This document shows positions 35,161 to 47,964 of a DNA stretch of 64,000 nt, in pieces. The position numbers and the translations under genes are program-made. The notes under the pieces are model-generated. The model ran no database searches and was not told where the DNA came from. It worked only from the letters and a program-made list of their open reading frames with translations. Each line of letters begins with the position of its first letter. The first letter of the stretch is position 1. Source of the stretch: Camelus ferus (taxonomy: Eukaryota); NCBI RefSeq assembly GCF_009834535.1, contig NC_045707.1:47246001-47310000 (forward strand), written 5' to 3'.

Positions 35161-36360
35161 TATTTCTTCCCAAATGTACCTTATATCTGATATTCTTCCT
35201 GTACTATATCTTGGACCTTTGGCATTTTATAAATCAATTTATGAATATATAATTAATGGTTTTATTTTATTCCAGGAAGTTTTCATATTGAAGCCTGGAA
35301 TTTTTTATTGACCAAAATTCTGGAAAACCTAAATCAGTTTTGTAATCTGCAACTTTCTTCTACTTTCAAGAATAAAAGAAGATTCTACCAAGACTTCTCA
35401 TTTAATTTGGGGCTTACACGAATTGAATTTTCTTTCCCATAGTCCCTTGAAGTCTTGAACGTACACAATAAGTAGGAGTATTGGCAGTGAAATGCTAGTT
35501 AGCAACTGGGTAGCCTGCATTCTCACAGTATTTGAGGTTTCTTACATTTTTCTCTTAGGAAGTGCTTAGAATTTTCTGTCTTGCTGGAATGGTACAGAGC
35601 AGGTGGAGTAGATTCAATTTTTAGTCATGTCAACTTTCTGTCCCTTCCCATCCCCTCCCTACCAGATAATGAAGGACCACGTGGCATGTATAAATAGCTT
35701 CGGCTGAGAACATCCTCATATCTTTGCCCCTCTCATCACTGAGCAGGGCCCATAACTGATGTTGCAATTAGAGTACTGATTTAGCTCTGAGAGACACATT
35801 GCAAATGATCCACTGAGGAGGATGGTATTTATATCAGTACTGACTGATGAAGACTTTGTCAACTGTACCTTGGGCAGATCATTTGATGGCATGCCCCTGG
35901 GTTAATCTCCGTCTCGTTATAACTGATGATCCGTGATGATGTGTTTCCAGAACCACTCATCTGACACAGGGTACCACAATGTGGAACAGACCTACGTAAA
36001 TATAGATAATTAAGGAAATGCTTAATCCAAAATACAGGGATCAACAGAAGAGCTGTAGCCGTCAAGGCATTTAGTGATTTACTGGGGTGCGTTTGGTATC
36101 ATTTGTGCCAACAGAAATTCACACTTCTGTACTACAGGTTTAACTGTCTATTTTGACATAAGAGAAAAGAAATAAAAATAGATTGACTACTTAGGTTTAC
36201 TATAGAAAGGTCAGGCAATTTGTAGTTGTTGTTTTTCATTTCTTAGGTGCTTATGAAGGCTTAAAAACCATAACATATTCTCAAGTCAAGTAAGTAATAC
36301 AGAATCAGAAATTCTTGGATTATTTGATTAGAGTTAAAAGCTACTGATTATATGTCTATA

Positions 36361-36362
<2 letters not shown>

Positions 36363-36413
<51 letters not shown>

Positions 36414-36443
36414 CCTACCTACCTACCTACCTACCTATCTATC
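36363..36443. repeat. (TATC)n(TACC)n compound microsatellite
   Basis: Read directly. Confidence 0.95.
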
Positions 36444-37294
36444 CTCACTGAAAGATTAGTAGTAGAAACACGGGTAGGGAGTTGGGCTCACTCTCTTCCT
36501 AACTCTATCCTTAATAGCTAGAAGGTGGGATGTTATAGTCCATTAGTAGAAAACTTCACCCTTGGTCTCTTTTTGATATGGAGAATTGATATTTGCAATC
36601 TGTTGTGAAGAGCTTTACAAACCAAGCTTCGTGCCCCTCCTGATTTTTAAGTAATCCCAAATAGGTTACCACCTCTCAACCTTTCCTACTTAAAGACCTT
36701 TCTATTATCAAACATGCTCTAGAAGTCCAGATAATGTTGCAATATGGAAAGTCACTGTTCAGAACACACCGAGTACCCCTGGGGCAACAAGGAACTCCTC
36801 TTCCTCTTCTTTCATGGTCCTCTTCCCTCAGGACCAATCTCTTCTTCCTCTCTAATTCTGGCTCAGGTGCTCAGCCAGTCAGATGGGTCCCATTGAGCTG
36901 GAAATGCAGGAAGTAGAGAGTATTCTGACTCTTAAGGGAAAGGGCAGAATGAAAATGACAACTCCTTGGTCAGTCTCAAAGTGAAACAGCTACCAAGCTA
37001 ACTCTTCCCTTACTGACTTTGACCCACTCTGAGAAAACTTTTGTGTCATTTTGTGTCTTTCTTTTCTCTTACCATAAACCCTCCATATTGTTCTAAGCTG
37101 TATGGAATAAGATGAAGAGAATGAAAAACTCTGGGCCACTATATAATCAAGGCCTTTCCTGTCTTCTTCTATAAACATCTGCCTCCCTTGTGACTAGTGG
37201 CTATGGGCCTAGTGCCGAGTCTACTCTCATTTCAGAAATGTCTAATGTAGCCCCTTGGGAGGATAAAAAAGCAAGCAAGAAATCAACATGCAAT

Positions 37295-38210
37295 TTAGGA
37301 CTTTTATCCAGAATATACAAAGAACTTTCAAAACTCAGAACTAAGGGGAAAAAACTCCCATTAAAAAGGAATAAATGACTTGAAAAGAAACTTTCAAGAT
37401 ATACAGATGCCAAATAAGCACATGAAAAGATGCTCAACATCATTAGAGAAATGCAAATTAAAACCACAGTGAGAAGCTACATGCCAAAAAGAGTGGCTAA
37501 AAATAAAATAAATAAAATAACATAAGACAAAACTTGACAATACCAAGTAGTAATGAGGTGCAGAGCAATTGAAACTCTTGTCCATTGCTGATGGGAATGT
37601 AAAATGATCTAGCCACTTTAGAAAATAGTTTGACAGTTTCTTATAAAGTTAAAATACACTTACCATATGACTGTGTAATTCTACTTTTAGGTGTTTACCC
37701 AAGTGAACTGAAACTTACGTTCTTACGAAAACCTGTATGCAATGTTTATAAGTAGCTTTATTCATAAACATCAATAAATAGAAATAACTCTAATGTCCTT
37801 CATCTGGTGAATAGGTAAAGAACCTCTACTGCATCCAAATAATGGAACCTCACTGAGCAATAAAACTGAACTTTTGATACATGCAGCAGTATGGATGAAT
37901 CTCAAATGTATTATGCTAAGTGAAACAATCCAGACTCAAAAAACTCCAAATCATACCATCTGTTTCCATTTGCATGACATTCGGGAAAAGGCAAAACTAT
38001 AGAGACAGAAAACAGATAGTAGTTGCCAGGGGCTGAAGGGGATAACAAAAAGCCATAAGGGAACTTTCTGAGATAATTGAAGTACTCTGTATCTTTATGG
38101 TGGTGGTTACATCATTGTATGCATTTGTTAAGACTCATGGGATTATACACTAAAAGGAGTGAACTTTACAATGTATAAATTACACCTCAATAATTTTTTT
38201 AAAAAAAAGA
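37295..38210 (+). mobile_element. L1MB/L1MC-like ORF2 end and 3' UTR
   Basis: tatccagaatatacaaagaact...gcacatgaaaagatgctcaacatcattagagaaatgcaaattaaaaccaca...atggatgaatctcaaatgtattatgctaagtgaa...aaattacacctcaataa. Confidence 0.9.
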
Positions 38211-38434
38211 ATGGCCATCACTAAAATAGAGGACAAAGGTAAAAGGGATCAATAATGGCTACTTACTTCTTTAAGAAAACTAAGAAAATTAGACAAACCT
38301 CTGATGATACTAACAAAGGTTGCTAAAAAGGGCCAGAGAAAGAAGGTGGGACATGCAGGGTAACAGGCCCATGTAAGGCAGCCTTTCTTAGGTGCCTCTG
38401 AGGTTTAGGACTGCAGAGGAAAGGGACAATGACT

Positions 38435-38540
38435 GAGCTGTAGGAAAACACCTATGAGAAAAGGTTAAAAGGAACTGAGATTACTTTCCTTGGCAACGAG
38501 GGGCCAGAAGGATGATTTAATAGCAGTCTTTGAGTCTCCA
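38435..38540 (+). mobile_element. L3/CR1 fragment
   Basis: cctatgagaaaaggttaaaaggaactgaga...gatttaatagcagtctttgagt resembles the CR1 ORF2 end (YEERLKEL...DLIAVFK). Confidence 0.6.
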
Positions 38541-38914
38541 AGCCTCCTTGACAGTTTGATTACAGTGCCATTTAGCAGGGATGAACAGCTTTAATGATCT
38601 TTAGCACATTATAATGGGATTGTGTGCATGGAATTAATGGTTTCAGTAAACAGGGAGGTCTCCGCTGCAAGGAAGAGTACTTGTAGTGTCCTATAGAATG
38701 AGAATGTGCCTGGAGGGCACTGAATAGCTATTGGGCTTGGAGCCTCTGTGTCTTCATTTATAACATGGACCCAGTGTTACCTACTTCGTAGTTTTGTAGA
38801 GAGGATTCAAGTCAGATGACTTACGAAAAGTGCCTGGCCGTCTTCTTTCCCAAAGTCATTCTTCTTTTCCTTTCCTAATTGAAAGCTGAAAGCATTAACA
38901 TTTTGAGGATAATA

Positions 38915-39065
38915 ACATTTTAGAAACTAACAATTTATTGTGCTTACTATATACCAGATACTTTTCTACTCTCTTCATATTTATTAACTCATTTAATCAT
39001 CTCAGCAATCCTGTGGAAGGAGGTATTGTTATTATCTCCATTTGACAGATTTGGCCGCTAAGGAA
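38915..39065 (-). mobile_element. MIR SINE
   Basis: atttattgtgcttactatataccagatact...tattaactcatttaatcatctcagcaatcctgtg. Confidence 0.8.
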
Positions 39066-39873
39066 CAAGAGAGGCTGCAGCAGTTGTATCTCCTTGTAGA
39101 AATAAAGTGATGCTTTTTGTGGATTTGTCTTTCTCTTGTGCTCTTTTTTCTCTAAGCAGCATTCTTTCATTTATGTTGCCTTTTATACTTGACAAAGTAC
39201 TTTCAAAAGCCATATTTTAGTTGCAACCATAGGAACTTTGGTGAGAAATAGAAGTGATGCATACGTGTTGTTGAAGTTTAATGATGATAGTTGCTAGAAA
39301 GTTCTAGGAAGAGTATAATGCTGCTGTTCTGAATTCCGTGTTTTAGTTTTAATTTTCTATACTGCTTATAGAATTCCCTCTTTTCTTTTTTGATTCTTAC
39401 TGACATTTCAAGGCCCAGGTAAAGGTCCCACCTCCCCAATTCAGTGACATTTATGGAGTGCTGGCGTGTGCTGGCATCAGCTTTTCTTCTCTGACCCCTA
39501 AGGGAGCATACTACCACCTGTCTTCACAGGGAGACTGTAAAGATGAGTGGACCCTGCCTCTGGGGAATTCACTGTCTGGATGGAGAGTGGACCGATGCAC
39601 GATCTGCTCCATAGCACAGTCTGATAAGTGCAAAAGTGGGCCACTGCAGATTGGAATGGAGGCTGTGAATGAGACCAGGGACCCACTTATTCCCCTGAAT
39701 ATAAGAAGAGCAGGGAAGAGGAGAATAGAAGGTGAGGTAGAAGAGAGAGGATGAAGAGTAGCCATCTGCCGAGAATGAGGGCATCAGGGATAGAGAGAGA
39801 GGCATCAGGGAATGGGGGCCTGAAGAAGTAAGGAAGTTTGGGAATAGTTACCATCAACTCAGAATGAGTTAAA

Positions 39874-40050
39874 GCAGGGATTCTCAACCTGGTGCACAAT
39901 AGATTCACCTGTAGATAAAAAAATATCAATGTTTGCTTCCCATCCCAAAGTTTCTGATTCAGTTGATTTGGTTGATGGGGTTCAGCCACTGGTGTTTTAA
40001 GAAAACCCGCAATTGATTCTCTAATGTGAACTGGGGCTGAGAAACACTGA
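39874..40050. mobile_element. MER5A/B-like MITE
   Basis: cagggattctcaacctgg...tttctgattcagttgatttgg...gattctctaatgtg...ggctgagaaacactg. Confidence 0.8.
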
Positions 40051-40289
40051 CAGTAACTGCTGAATGGTACTGAGGGACTCATGCCCGTCCTGCCGAAGTA
40101 AATTTCTCGCTATTGCTTACTTTCATATTCATTCATTTAGTCATTCAAAAATGTTTATTGAGTACCTGCTATGTGTCAGGTGCCTCATTAGACTGTGAAA
40201 AAGTCATCTTAGGGCATTGATTGTTATTTCCCTCCCATTTTGGCACTCATATTATGAACTAAATTCTTTTCAAAAAAGTAATAGAAGCC

Positions 40290-40500
40290 AAGATATTTGA
40301 ACACTTACTATATATTGTTGAAGCTTTACAATGTCTGCATGTGGTAGGCACTGTCCTTGTTATGTCCCTATGTTATGTTTGACAGATGAGGAAAAAGAGG
40401 CACAGAGAAACAAAGTAACTTGCCTAAGGTCACACAGCTAGTAGCTGGCAGAACTGAAAGGCTCCAGAGTGGTGTCCGTAACTTCTCTGTTGCACCTAGC
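40290..40500 (-). mobile_element. MIR SINE
   Basis: gacagatgaggaaaaagaggcacagagaaacaaagtaacttgcctaaggtcacacagctagt. Confidence 0.85.
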
Positions 40501-40749
40501 TCCATGCTGAGCCCAAAGACAGTGCTTCATAAATATGTCGGAACCCTCAGAAATATTGAAAACATTGTTAGCCAGAAGCTTTAAAATGATGGAGTGTCTT
40601 GTCTCAAATAAGTGTGTTTCATTGGCCAGTATGCAGTGGCCACATCTTGTTGCAGGTGGGGCTGGGAAATGCAGTCTGACTGTACAGGAGGAAAGGATGA
40701 AAGGATGAGTGAACAACTACGCAGTCTTTGCTGCAGTCTCCTCTGATGG

Positions 40750-41230
40750 ACAGAAGTTTTGAATGTAATGTCAAATGTGTCACATTTTTTCTTTGTAAGT
40801 TGCATTTGATGTCTTATTTAAAAAATACTTCTCTACTGTAAAGGCATAAATACTTTATGCTATATTCTTTTCTAAAAGATGTCAAATTTTGACTTACACA
40901 TTTAAGCATCTAATCTACCTGGCATCAATTTTGGTGTATGGTATGAGGAAATGATTACATTTGTTTATGTCTGATGTTCTGGAATTTCATGTTGCCAATT
41001 TTTGGTATAGCTTTTTCTGTGTGTGTGTGCTAAAGCCTCTCAAATATGAAGATTAATGTTCTTTAAACTCAGAAAATTTCCTGAGTTCTTTATTTGATAA
41101 TTTTATGCCCTTTTTTTTCTTTCTGGAATTCCTATCAGATACTTGACTTGGATTGATCATTTATCTATTCTATTTTTTGTCTTGTATTATCCACCTTTAT
41201 CTTTTGTTTTACACTTTATTGTGCTTGTTG
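40750..41230 (-). mobile_element. Old L1 fragments
   Basis: cagaagttttgaatgtaatg...acatttaagcatctaatctacctgg...ttttggtgtatggtatgagg. Confidence 0.6.
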
Positions 41231-42016
41231 TATTTAGTTATCATCATCAATTTAACACTAATCATTATCATTTCATGCAGCATGTTCTCAGGCCAGTTTT
41301 GACAAAGGCCATTCAAAAAAATTGATTTCACCATTTTGGCTGATGGTGACAAGATTGCAAGCCAATAGGTGTTCTGGCAATGACCCTTGCCTCTTTAAAA
41401 ATTTTATAGCAGAGCCTGGAGGTAAAACCTGATCTGTGCAGTTTCAAGTCCAATGTTCATTTACTCATGAAAATTTGCTAGGCCTCTTTTCTGTGCAGAG
41501 TGAGGAAGAAAGTATTCAGGAAGGGCCAGCATAAACTGAGCCAAGGAAGCTGGCACAGGTGTGATAGTGGGGCTTCATGGCTGTGGCCAGTCTCCCGTTC
41601 TTTCCTTCACTCTTTGGATATTTGCCAGCCTCATGTGCCCCCGGTTTTAGGATTACAGATATCTCTAGTGGTCAAGAGCCCTCCATTGTAGCCCAGGTCA
41701 CAGGACAAGGAAGGAAAACGAGTTAGGGAAGATAGACTCTGTGATGCTGCTATTGCGGAAGAGGGAGGGGATTGACTAATTTATATTTATATATATTTTT
41801 AAAAATTTTATTTTCCCACTGTTTTATTGGATTTTTCAATTTCAGCAGTTTTACTTTTAATCTCCCCAGAACTCTTTCTTTTTCAATTTTTTCCATAGTA
41901 TTTTGATGTAATATTTTCCTTAACCTTTCAGAAGATTCGAGTTCTCTTCAGTTTCCTCTATTTTCTTTGTTTATGCTGAGATGCATTATCTGGTTTTGTT
42001 TTTTTTGTTTGTTTTT

Positions 42017-42020
<4 letters not shown>

Positions 42021-42051
<31 letters not shown>
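42021..42051. repeat. (TG)n microsatellite
   Basis: Read directly. Confidence 0.95.
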
Positions 42052-42054
<3 letters not shown>

Positions 42055-42409
42055 TCTCTATTATTACAGATCCAGGGACCTGTAGCACTTCATTCATAAT
42101 TAAGCTCAAGCTGTTGGAAAGCAGGGTGGGAATGCTTCTGACCTGGGTGGGGCTTACAGTCTGATGGTAGTTATTTTAGGGTGATTGGCAGGGAGTTGGC
42201 TCAATGCTGGGAAACTTCCAGATGCTGTTCTATGGAGGTCTTTCCTCTGGAGCCATTCAGCTTTTCCAGATAAGAAATCTCATAATTCCTGTCTGGAGGA
42301 AAAAAGGGGATGGCTACCAGGAAACTGTTCAGGCATGTTTGGGTTCATAACAATTCATTAATTAAGTGTCCCAAATACAGGCTTTTTCAATCAATCCCAC
42401 CCTTTGCTG

Positions 42410-42655
42410 TAATAATAATAGAAATGGCAAACTCTCGCCTACAGCTTACTCTGCGTCAGGCATTCACCTAACTGCTTTACACTGTTATTTACTTTATTAA
42501 TCGATTTATTCATTTGATCCTCCCAACAAACCTATGATGTTACCAAAGAGGAAACTGAGGCACAGGGAAATTAAGTTAACATGCTTGAAATCACAGAGCT
42601 ACTAAGCTATAAAGTCAGAATTTGAACCGAGGTCCTCTGACTGACTATAGGGCCT
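42410..42655 (-). mobile_element. MIR SINE
   Basis: gaggaaactgaggcacagggaaattaag...cagaatttgaacc. Confidence 0.85.
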
Positions 42656-42727
42656 GTGAAATGATGCCTCCTTGAAAAAAAAAATGATACAGGCTGGCAT
42701 TTGGGTGGTGTTATTTCAGAGGGCACC

Positions 42728-42836
42728 ACAAGACTGTAAGCCCCACGAGGCCGGGGATTTTGTCTATTTTACTCACAATTGTTCACCTGAATCCTAGCAC
42801 AGATTGGGGCAGTACATTCTCATGGAATGAATGAAC
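42728..42836 (+). mobile_element. L2 3' end
   Basis: agactgtaagccccacgaggccggggattttgtctatttt...cctagcacag...gaatgaatgaa. Confidence 0.8.
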
Positions 42837-43057
42837 ACGCAGTGCTTTTTGTACAGAAGTGGCACTTGTCTCTTGTGGGAGTGGGCTCACTGAAGGAAGG
42901 CGCAGTATGTGTTCAGTACTGAGGCCCTCTGTTTTTCTTTTGGTCTCCAAAACTCATTTTTCCCTTTTGGTTGGGGAAGGAGAGTAGATCTGAGGTTGGA
43001 GGAGAATGGTCTAGGGCACATTTCTTCAGTAAAACATCTTCATCTCCTCCCATAACT

Positions 43058-43336
43058 GGTTACCTCATTCTTTTTTTTTTTTTTTAACATTTTTTTATTG
43101 AGTTATAGTCATTTTACAATGTTGTGTCAAATTGCAGTGTAGAGCACAATCTTTCAGTTATACATGAACATACATACATTCATTGTCACATTCTCTTTTG
43201 CTGTGAGCCACCACAAGATCCTGTATATATTTCCCTGTGCTACACAGTACAATCTTGTTTTTCTATTCTGCATTTTGAAATCCCAGTCTGTCCCTTCCCA
43301 CCCCCTGTCCCCCTGGCAACGGTTACCTCATTCTTT
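43058..43336 (-). mobile_element. Young 5'-truncated camelid L1 3' UTR insertion with perfect 16-bp TSD
   Basis: ggttacctcattcttt at 43058-43073 and 43321-43336; long T tail; body tttattgagttatagtcattttacaatgttgtgtc...ccctggcaac. Confidence 0.9.
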
Positions 43337-43930
43337 ATTCAAAGACCACTACTATTACTTGGGAAGTGAGCTTATTAAATTTTTCTCAGTATCGCATGCT
43401 ACAAACAGCATTCCTACCATTAGGTATCATCTGAAATTTGAAACAAACTCCAGCTTCCACCCTTCCCATTTAAAAATAAAAAATAAAAAACAAAAAACAA
43501 ATCCAAGTTTTGATTTTGATATTGTTCTGTTTGAATGAATGCTACTACCATTCTTTTCCTTACAAAATGGCTCCTATTTTACAATGATTATATAAAGCAT
43601 GTGTTTCCTGAAGTGGAGTGATCTGAAGGCAGTGGCCATACACGTGCTTTACATGCTTGAATGAAAAAAATAATTGGATCTTAATGTCAGGGATTTATTG
43701 CTGTTTTGACAATGTACTTATATCTTCCGCTGAAATGTTTTTGGGAAAGTGGGCCCATGTATAATCAGGATCTGAAGCTTTATTACCAATGTCACTAATA
43801 TTTATTGTAGTTGTGGAGCAGAAATGATTATCTTTTTATTTGGACTGCTTGTTTGCAATTCTAGACGTCTCAATGGGTTATAGTTAAGGAAAATACTTTT
43901 GGTGGATTTTTCTTGTTTTAGGAGGACAGC

Positions 43931-44287
43931 TATCTTAGTCCATATAGGCTGTCATAATAGGATATCAAAGACTGGTTGGTTTATAACAACAGAAATTTAT
44001 TTCTCACAGTTCTGGAAGCTGGAAGTCCAAGATTGAGGTGCCAGAAGACTTGGTATCTCATGAGAGCCCGCTTCCTGGTGTATAGATCACTGTTTTCTCA
44101 CTGTCCTCACGTGGCAGGAGAAACAAGGATATTAGCATGAATCTCACTCAGGAAGAGTCCACCCCCATCACCTAATCACCACCTAAAAGTCCTACAACTT
44201 AATGCCATCACATTGGGGGGTAGAATTTCAGCAAATGAATATATATATGTGTATGTGTTGGGGAATACAAACATTCACTCCGTAACA
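43931..44287 (-). mobile_element. MLT1A-like MaLR solo LTR
   Basis: tatcttagtccat...acaacagaaatttatttctcacagttctggaagctggaagtccaagattgaggtgccag...aaacattcactccgtaaca. Confidence 0.9.
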
Positions 44288-44816
44288 GTGGCTCTGATGA
44301 TAGGTTTTTTGTTGTTTTTTGCTTCTTTGTTTGCTTGTTTTGTTTAACTAAAGAAAGCAATTCACTGGAAGAAAAGTGTGATACAAGTGGGAAAACGAAC
44401 AATTTCTTAAAAGAAATTAGAAGCTGTTAGGAATTGCTTGGTTATAAATCACAGAAATCCACTTGATCTATGTTAAGCAAAATAGAAACATTTATAGAAA
44501 ATTATGGAAGCCTAATGTCGAGAATACAAAGGATGATTGGAACCAGGACTGAGAAGTCAGAGCCTGAGTTCTCTCTTCTTCCCTCCCTCCCTCACTTGCT
44601 CTGTTCTTTCTTTCCTTCTTCTCTTTTTCCTTCCTTCCTTCTTTCCTTCCTTCCCTCTTTCTTTCCACAGATCGCTGACACCATGTGTGCCAAGCACTGT
44701 GAATACAGTGAAGAACTAATTAGATGAAAGCTGTCTTCTTAAAGAGCTTGTATTCTTATAGAAAGAGATCAACAATAAGCAGCCCAAGATAAGTCAAAGA
44801 TAAGATGCTTATATGT

Positions 44817-44925
44817 GGGGTGACCATGATATTTGTTGGCCACATTTGAGAGTGAACGAAGTGCTAGTAATAGTCATGCTTGAATATATATATAAACCTG
44901 TCCAGGGCACACTGAAAATGTCATG
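44817..44925. mobile_element. Possible hAT-Blackjack MITE (MER94-like)
   Basis: Begins ggggtgaccat, the Blackjack-type terminus; ctgtccagggcacactg internal. Confidence 0.45.
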
Positions 44926-45294
44926 GGCAAAGGGCTATGGAGAGGATTAAAAAAGAGAAATGTGGTAATGGCTGAGTGGCTACTTGAGACTGGTTTTCTC
45001 ACGTAAGCTGTGACCTAATGACAAGAAAGAGTTGAACATTGGACGATGGCATGGATGAGCCTTCTAGGCAGAGAGATCAACTAGTGTGAGGGCTCTCAGA
45101 GAGGAGAGAGAATGGAGCAGCCAGTGTGGCTGGTATGCAGTGGGAGAGACTGGTCGGGAGTGGGACCATGTGAGGTTGGACCTTCCAAACCTTAATAAGG
45201 AGTTTGGCTTTATTCAAACCATGATGGGAAGCCACTGGAAGGTTTTTCAGCAAGGAAATGACATGACCCGCTTCATCTTCTAAAAAGAACACCC

Positions 45295-45636
45295 TGTAAT
45301 GTTATATAGTTATGGTTTTGTAAAAAATTGTTTGCAATTTTATTGATCTTTCCTTCGATTTTTTAAAAAAGTTCTTATCTTTAAGAGATACAAGCTTAGG
45401 CAAAATCATATTGCTTATAGATCAAATGATATGATATCTGGGATTTACCTCAAAATTAGACATAGAGGTGGAATAGAATTGGCCATGATTGGGTACTTGT
45501 TGAAGGTGGGCACATGGTGGTTTGATTGGCTATAGTTTCTTTTGTTACTATTGTCACTGTTAAAATTGTTGCTACTGTTTCAAACTTTTGTATATGTCTG
45601 AAACATTTTTTATAGTAAATGTAAAAAAATAAAAAA
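45295..45636 (+). mobile_element. L1MC-like 3' UTR end nested in L2
   Basis: ttcttatctttaagagataca...atgatatgatatctgggattt...cttttgtatatgtctgaaacatttttt atagtaaa. Confidence 0.7.
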
Positions 45637-46036
45637 GAGGCTCACTCTGGCTGCAGCTGTGTGAATATTGTATTGTGGAAGAATAAAGAGCAAGAGGGCC
45701 AGTTACATCAAGAAGAGTCCAGCTGAGATATGAGGACAGACAGAGAGAAGTGGATGGATTTGGGATACATGTTGTAGCTAGAGCCAACAGGACCTACTGG
45801 TAGATGAATTGAGGAGGGGTGGGTGAGAAGAACCAATGGCAACTCTTCAATTTTTAGCTTAGCCACTGGTTGGATTAAGATGTTATTGACTAAGATAGGG
45901 AAGACGTTGGATGAGCATGTTGAGGTAGGGAAGAAGGAAATATTCTTCAATCACATTAAGCTTAATGTGTCTTTTAGACATTGACATGAAAATGTCAAGT
46001 AGGCAAGGACGGAGCTGGGCAGAGAGGACAGGGTGT

Positions 46037-46515
46037 TGTGTAAGACACCTCTTATGAGTTACTTCAGGTAATCACAGACTCACCTGACCCAGGAGCCTTT
46101 CTTTGCATTTTTGTTCTACCTCTGTTGTTGGCTCTGTGTGGGCTCCCACTGACTTTTCATGGGTGCAACCTGACAAAGCCCTGTTTCCCAGGTGCCTACC
46201 ATCTTCCATCCTGAGGATTCCCTATTGATGCTGACCTGCTCAATGCCTATGTAGAAGCAACGGGGAAGTGAGGAGGAGTCAGCACTCTATGGAGTAAACC
46301 TTTGGCCACTGGAGAATGGAGAGAGGGAATAAGTTCTTCCCTCTTCCTTTCCTTGGACAGCCATCATAAGATGTAATTATTCACATGGCCTCTTTGAGGA
46401 TGGTCCTGGGAGATAAAGCAATCAATCATGCTTGGTCCCAAGGGGAAGGCAGCTCCTTAATGGACCACTGTATTTGCTTTCCTATCTTTCCTGACCCACT
46501 CTTCTTTCCCTTAAC
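46037..46515. mobile_element. ERVL LTR (LTR16-like) nested in L2
   Basis: gtaaacctttggccactggagaatggagagaggg...ataagatgtaattattcacatggcctctttgaggatggtcc. Confidence 0.55.
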
Positions 46516-47117
46516 ATTTGAAGAACAAAAGAAGAAGGTAGATCCAGTAAAGTTGGTGGAGAAGGAGGCAGCAAAGTAGAAGGAAAGCCAGGAGAAAGAT
46601 GTGCCATGGAAACCTTTCAAAGGAGACAATACTCATCTTTGCTTAGTGTTGCAGCCAAGTAAGAAAAGACTAGGAGAGGGAGCCTTAGGTCTGGCCAGTG
46701 TGGACACCATTAGAAACCTTGACGAGACCAGTCTTCATGGGGTGACGGGGAAGGAAGTAGACTGAATAGGGAGTATAAGATAAAATATTCAGAAAGTGGA
46801 GGCAGTAAACAGACAACCCTTTGCTTTGAAGAGAAGCAGAAAATGGAGTGGTGGCTAGAAGAAGATGAGTGGAAAAGGGAAGATCTTCCTTTTTAAAAGA
46901 TGGACCATAATTACTGTACGTTCATGAGAATAATCCAGGAGAAGGGGCATAATTATGAGAGTAAGAAGTCTGTAAGAAGGCAATAGGGAATAATTGAGGA
47001 CTCAAAGGAGGGGGTGGGTGGGCATGGGAAGCCTGGAGTTTGAAGAGGGGCAAGTATGTACTTTGGCAATGGGGAGGTAAATATACCAGGGATGTATAGT
47101 GGGGTCACTGGACACTA

Positions 47118-47645
47118 CTGAGGGTAAATTGGGATTTGTGGCTGTGACAAATCCACTTGGATTGGTGTCTGTCTTTCTCGGTGAACCTACCTTTGTTCTG
47201 TTTTTCCTTCCCCTGAAGACTGGCTTTTCATTTCTTCTCAGTTTAAGACAAGGCAGAGGAGTTCTAGAATTCTGGTCCCTAGGTGAGGTACCCTAAAAAG
47301 GATCTACTCCTGCACAACAAGAATCTACTCCTGTAGTCCTGATCCCATCAGCTGTGGGAGGGAGCTGGGTCATGGGTGAGGTGCAGTTGTCAAAGAACAG
47401 GGCATGGATAAGGCAGGCACCCCAGAAGGTGTTTATCCCAAGCTTTCTCACCTTCTGGACATCCTGCTTGATAGAAGAGCCTGGAGAATGGGTTGGATGC
47501 ATTTGGCTAAGCTGATTTTTTGGTTGGTTAGTTTGTTGCTTGGGGTTATCCTTGCTATAGACATAGTGATCATAGTCAGACTGTGTTCCGATTTTTAGTC
47601 AAAATTTGCTGCAGGGTAACATCTTTTATTAAACTCAGTCATTCC
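47118..47645. mobile_element. Probable old ERV LTR, family not resolved
   Basis: LTR-like motifs; internal direct repeat atctactcctg twice. Confidence 0.35.
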
Positions 47646-47964
47646 AAATGTGTAGGAGAGATGACAAATAGAGATAGACCGTGTGCCTGTTCTTCCTGTG
47701 AGTGGTTTCTTGGTTCTTTCTGGATACAGGAGGATCAGTACCTTTTCTGTAAGGGAGGCATCTTATGCAGTGATTTGCTCACAGGAGCCAGTGAATCAAT
47801 GACCCATTAAGGGAATGTTCTGGGAGTCTCTTCTTGAATTGTGTACCTGGAAGCTTGAGGGCAGAGGATTTCAGAGCTTAATCAACATTTTGGCCTTTGT
47901 TACTACTGGCAAGTCTCTGGGCCATTGTATTGTCCAGAGTTGCCATGTTATTCCTTCAGTCAGG

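Larger units (their letters stand above)
44670..46990 (-). mobile_element. Long fragmented L2 with nested insertions
   Basis: ccatgtgtgccaagcactgt...gatgggaagccactggaaggtttttcagcaagg...agagagaagtggatggatttgggatacat...ggaaagccaggaga...ccttgacgagaccagt. Confidence 0.75.

Noticed and set aside
35845..35965. TGATGA and CTGA boxes suggesting a C/D snoRNA on the plus strand
   Set aside because: The canonical GTGATGA is only about 30 nt from the next CTGA; the correctly spaced pair has a non-canonical C box and no proper terminal stem.
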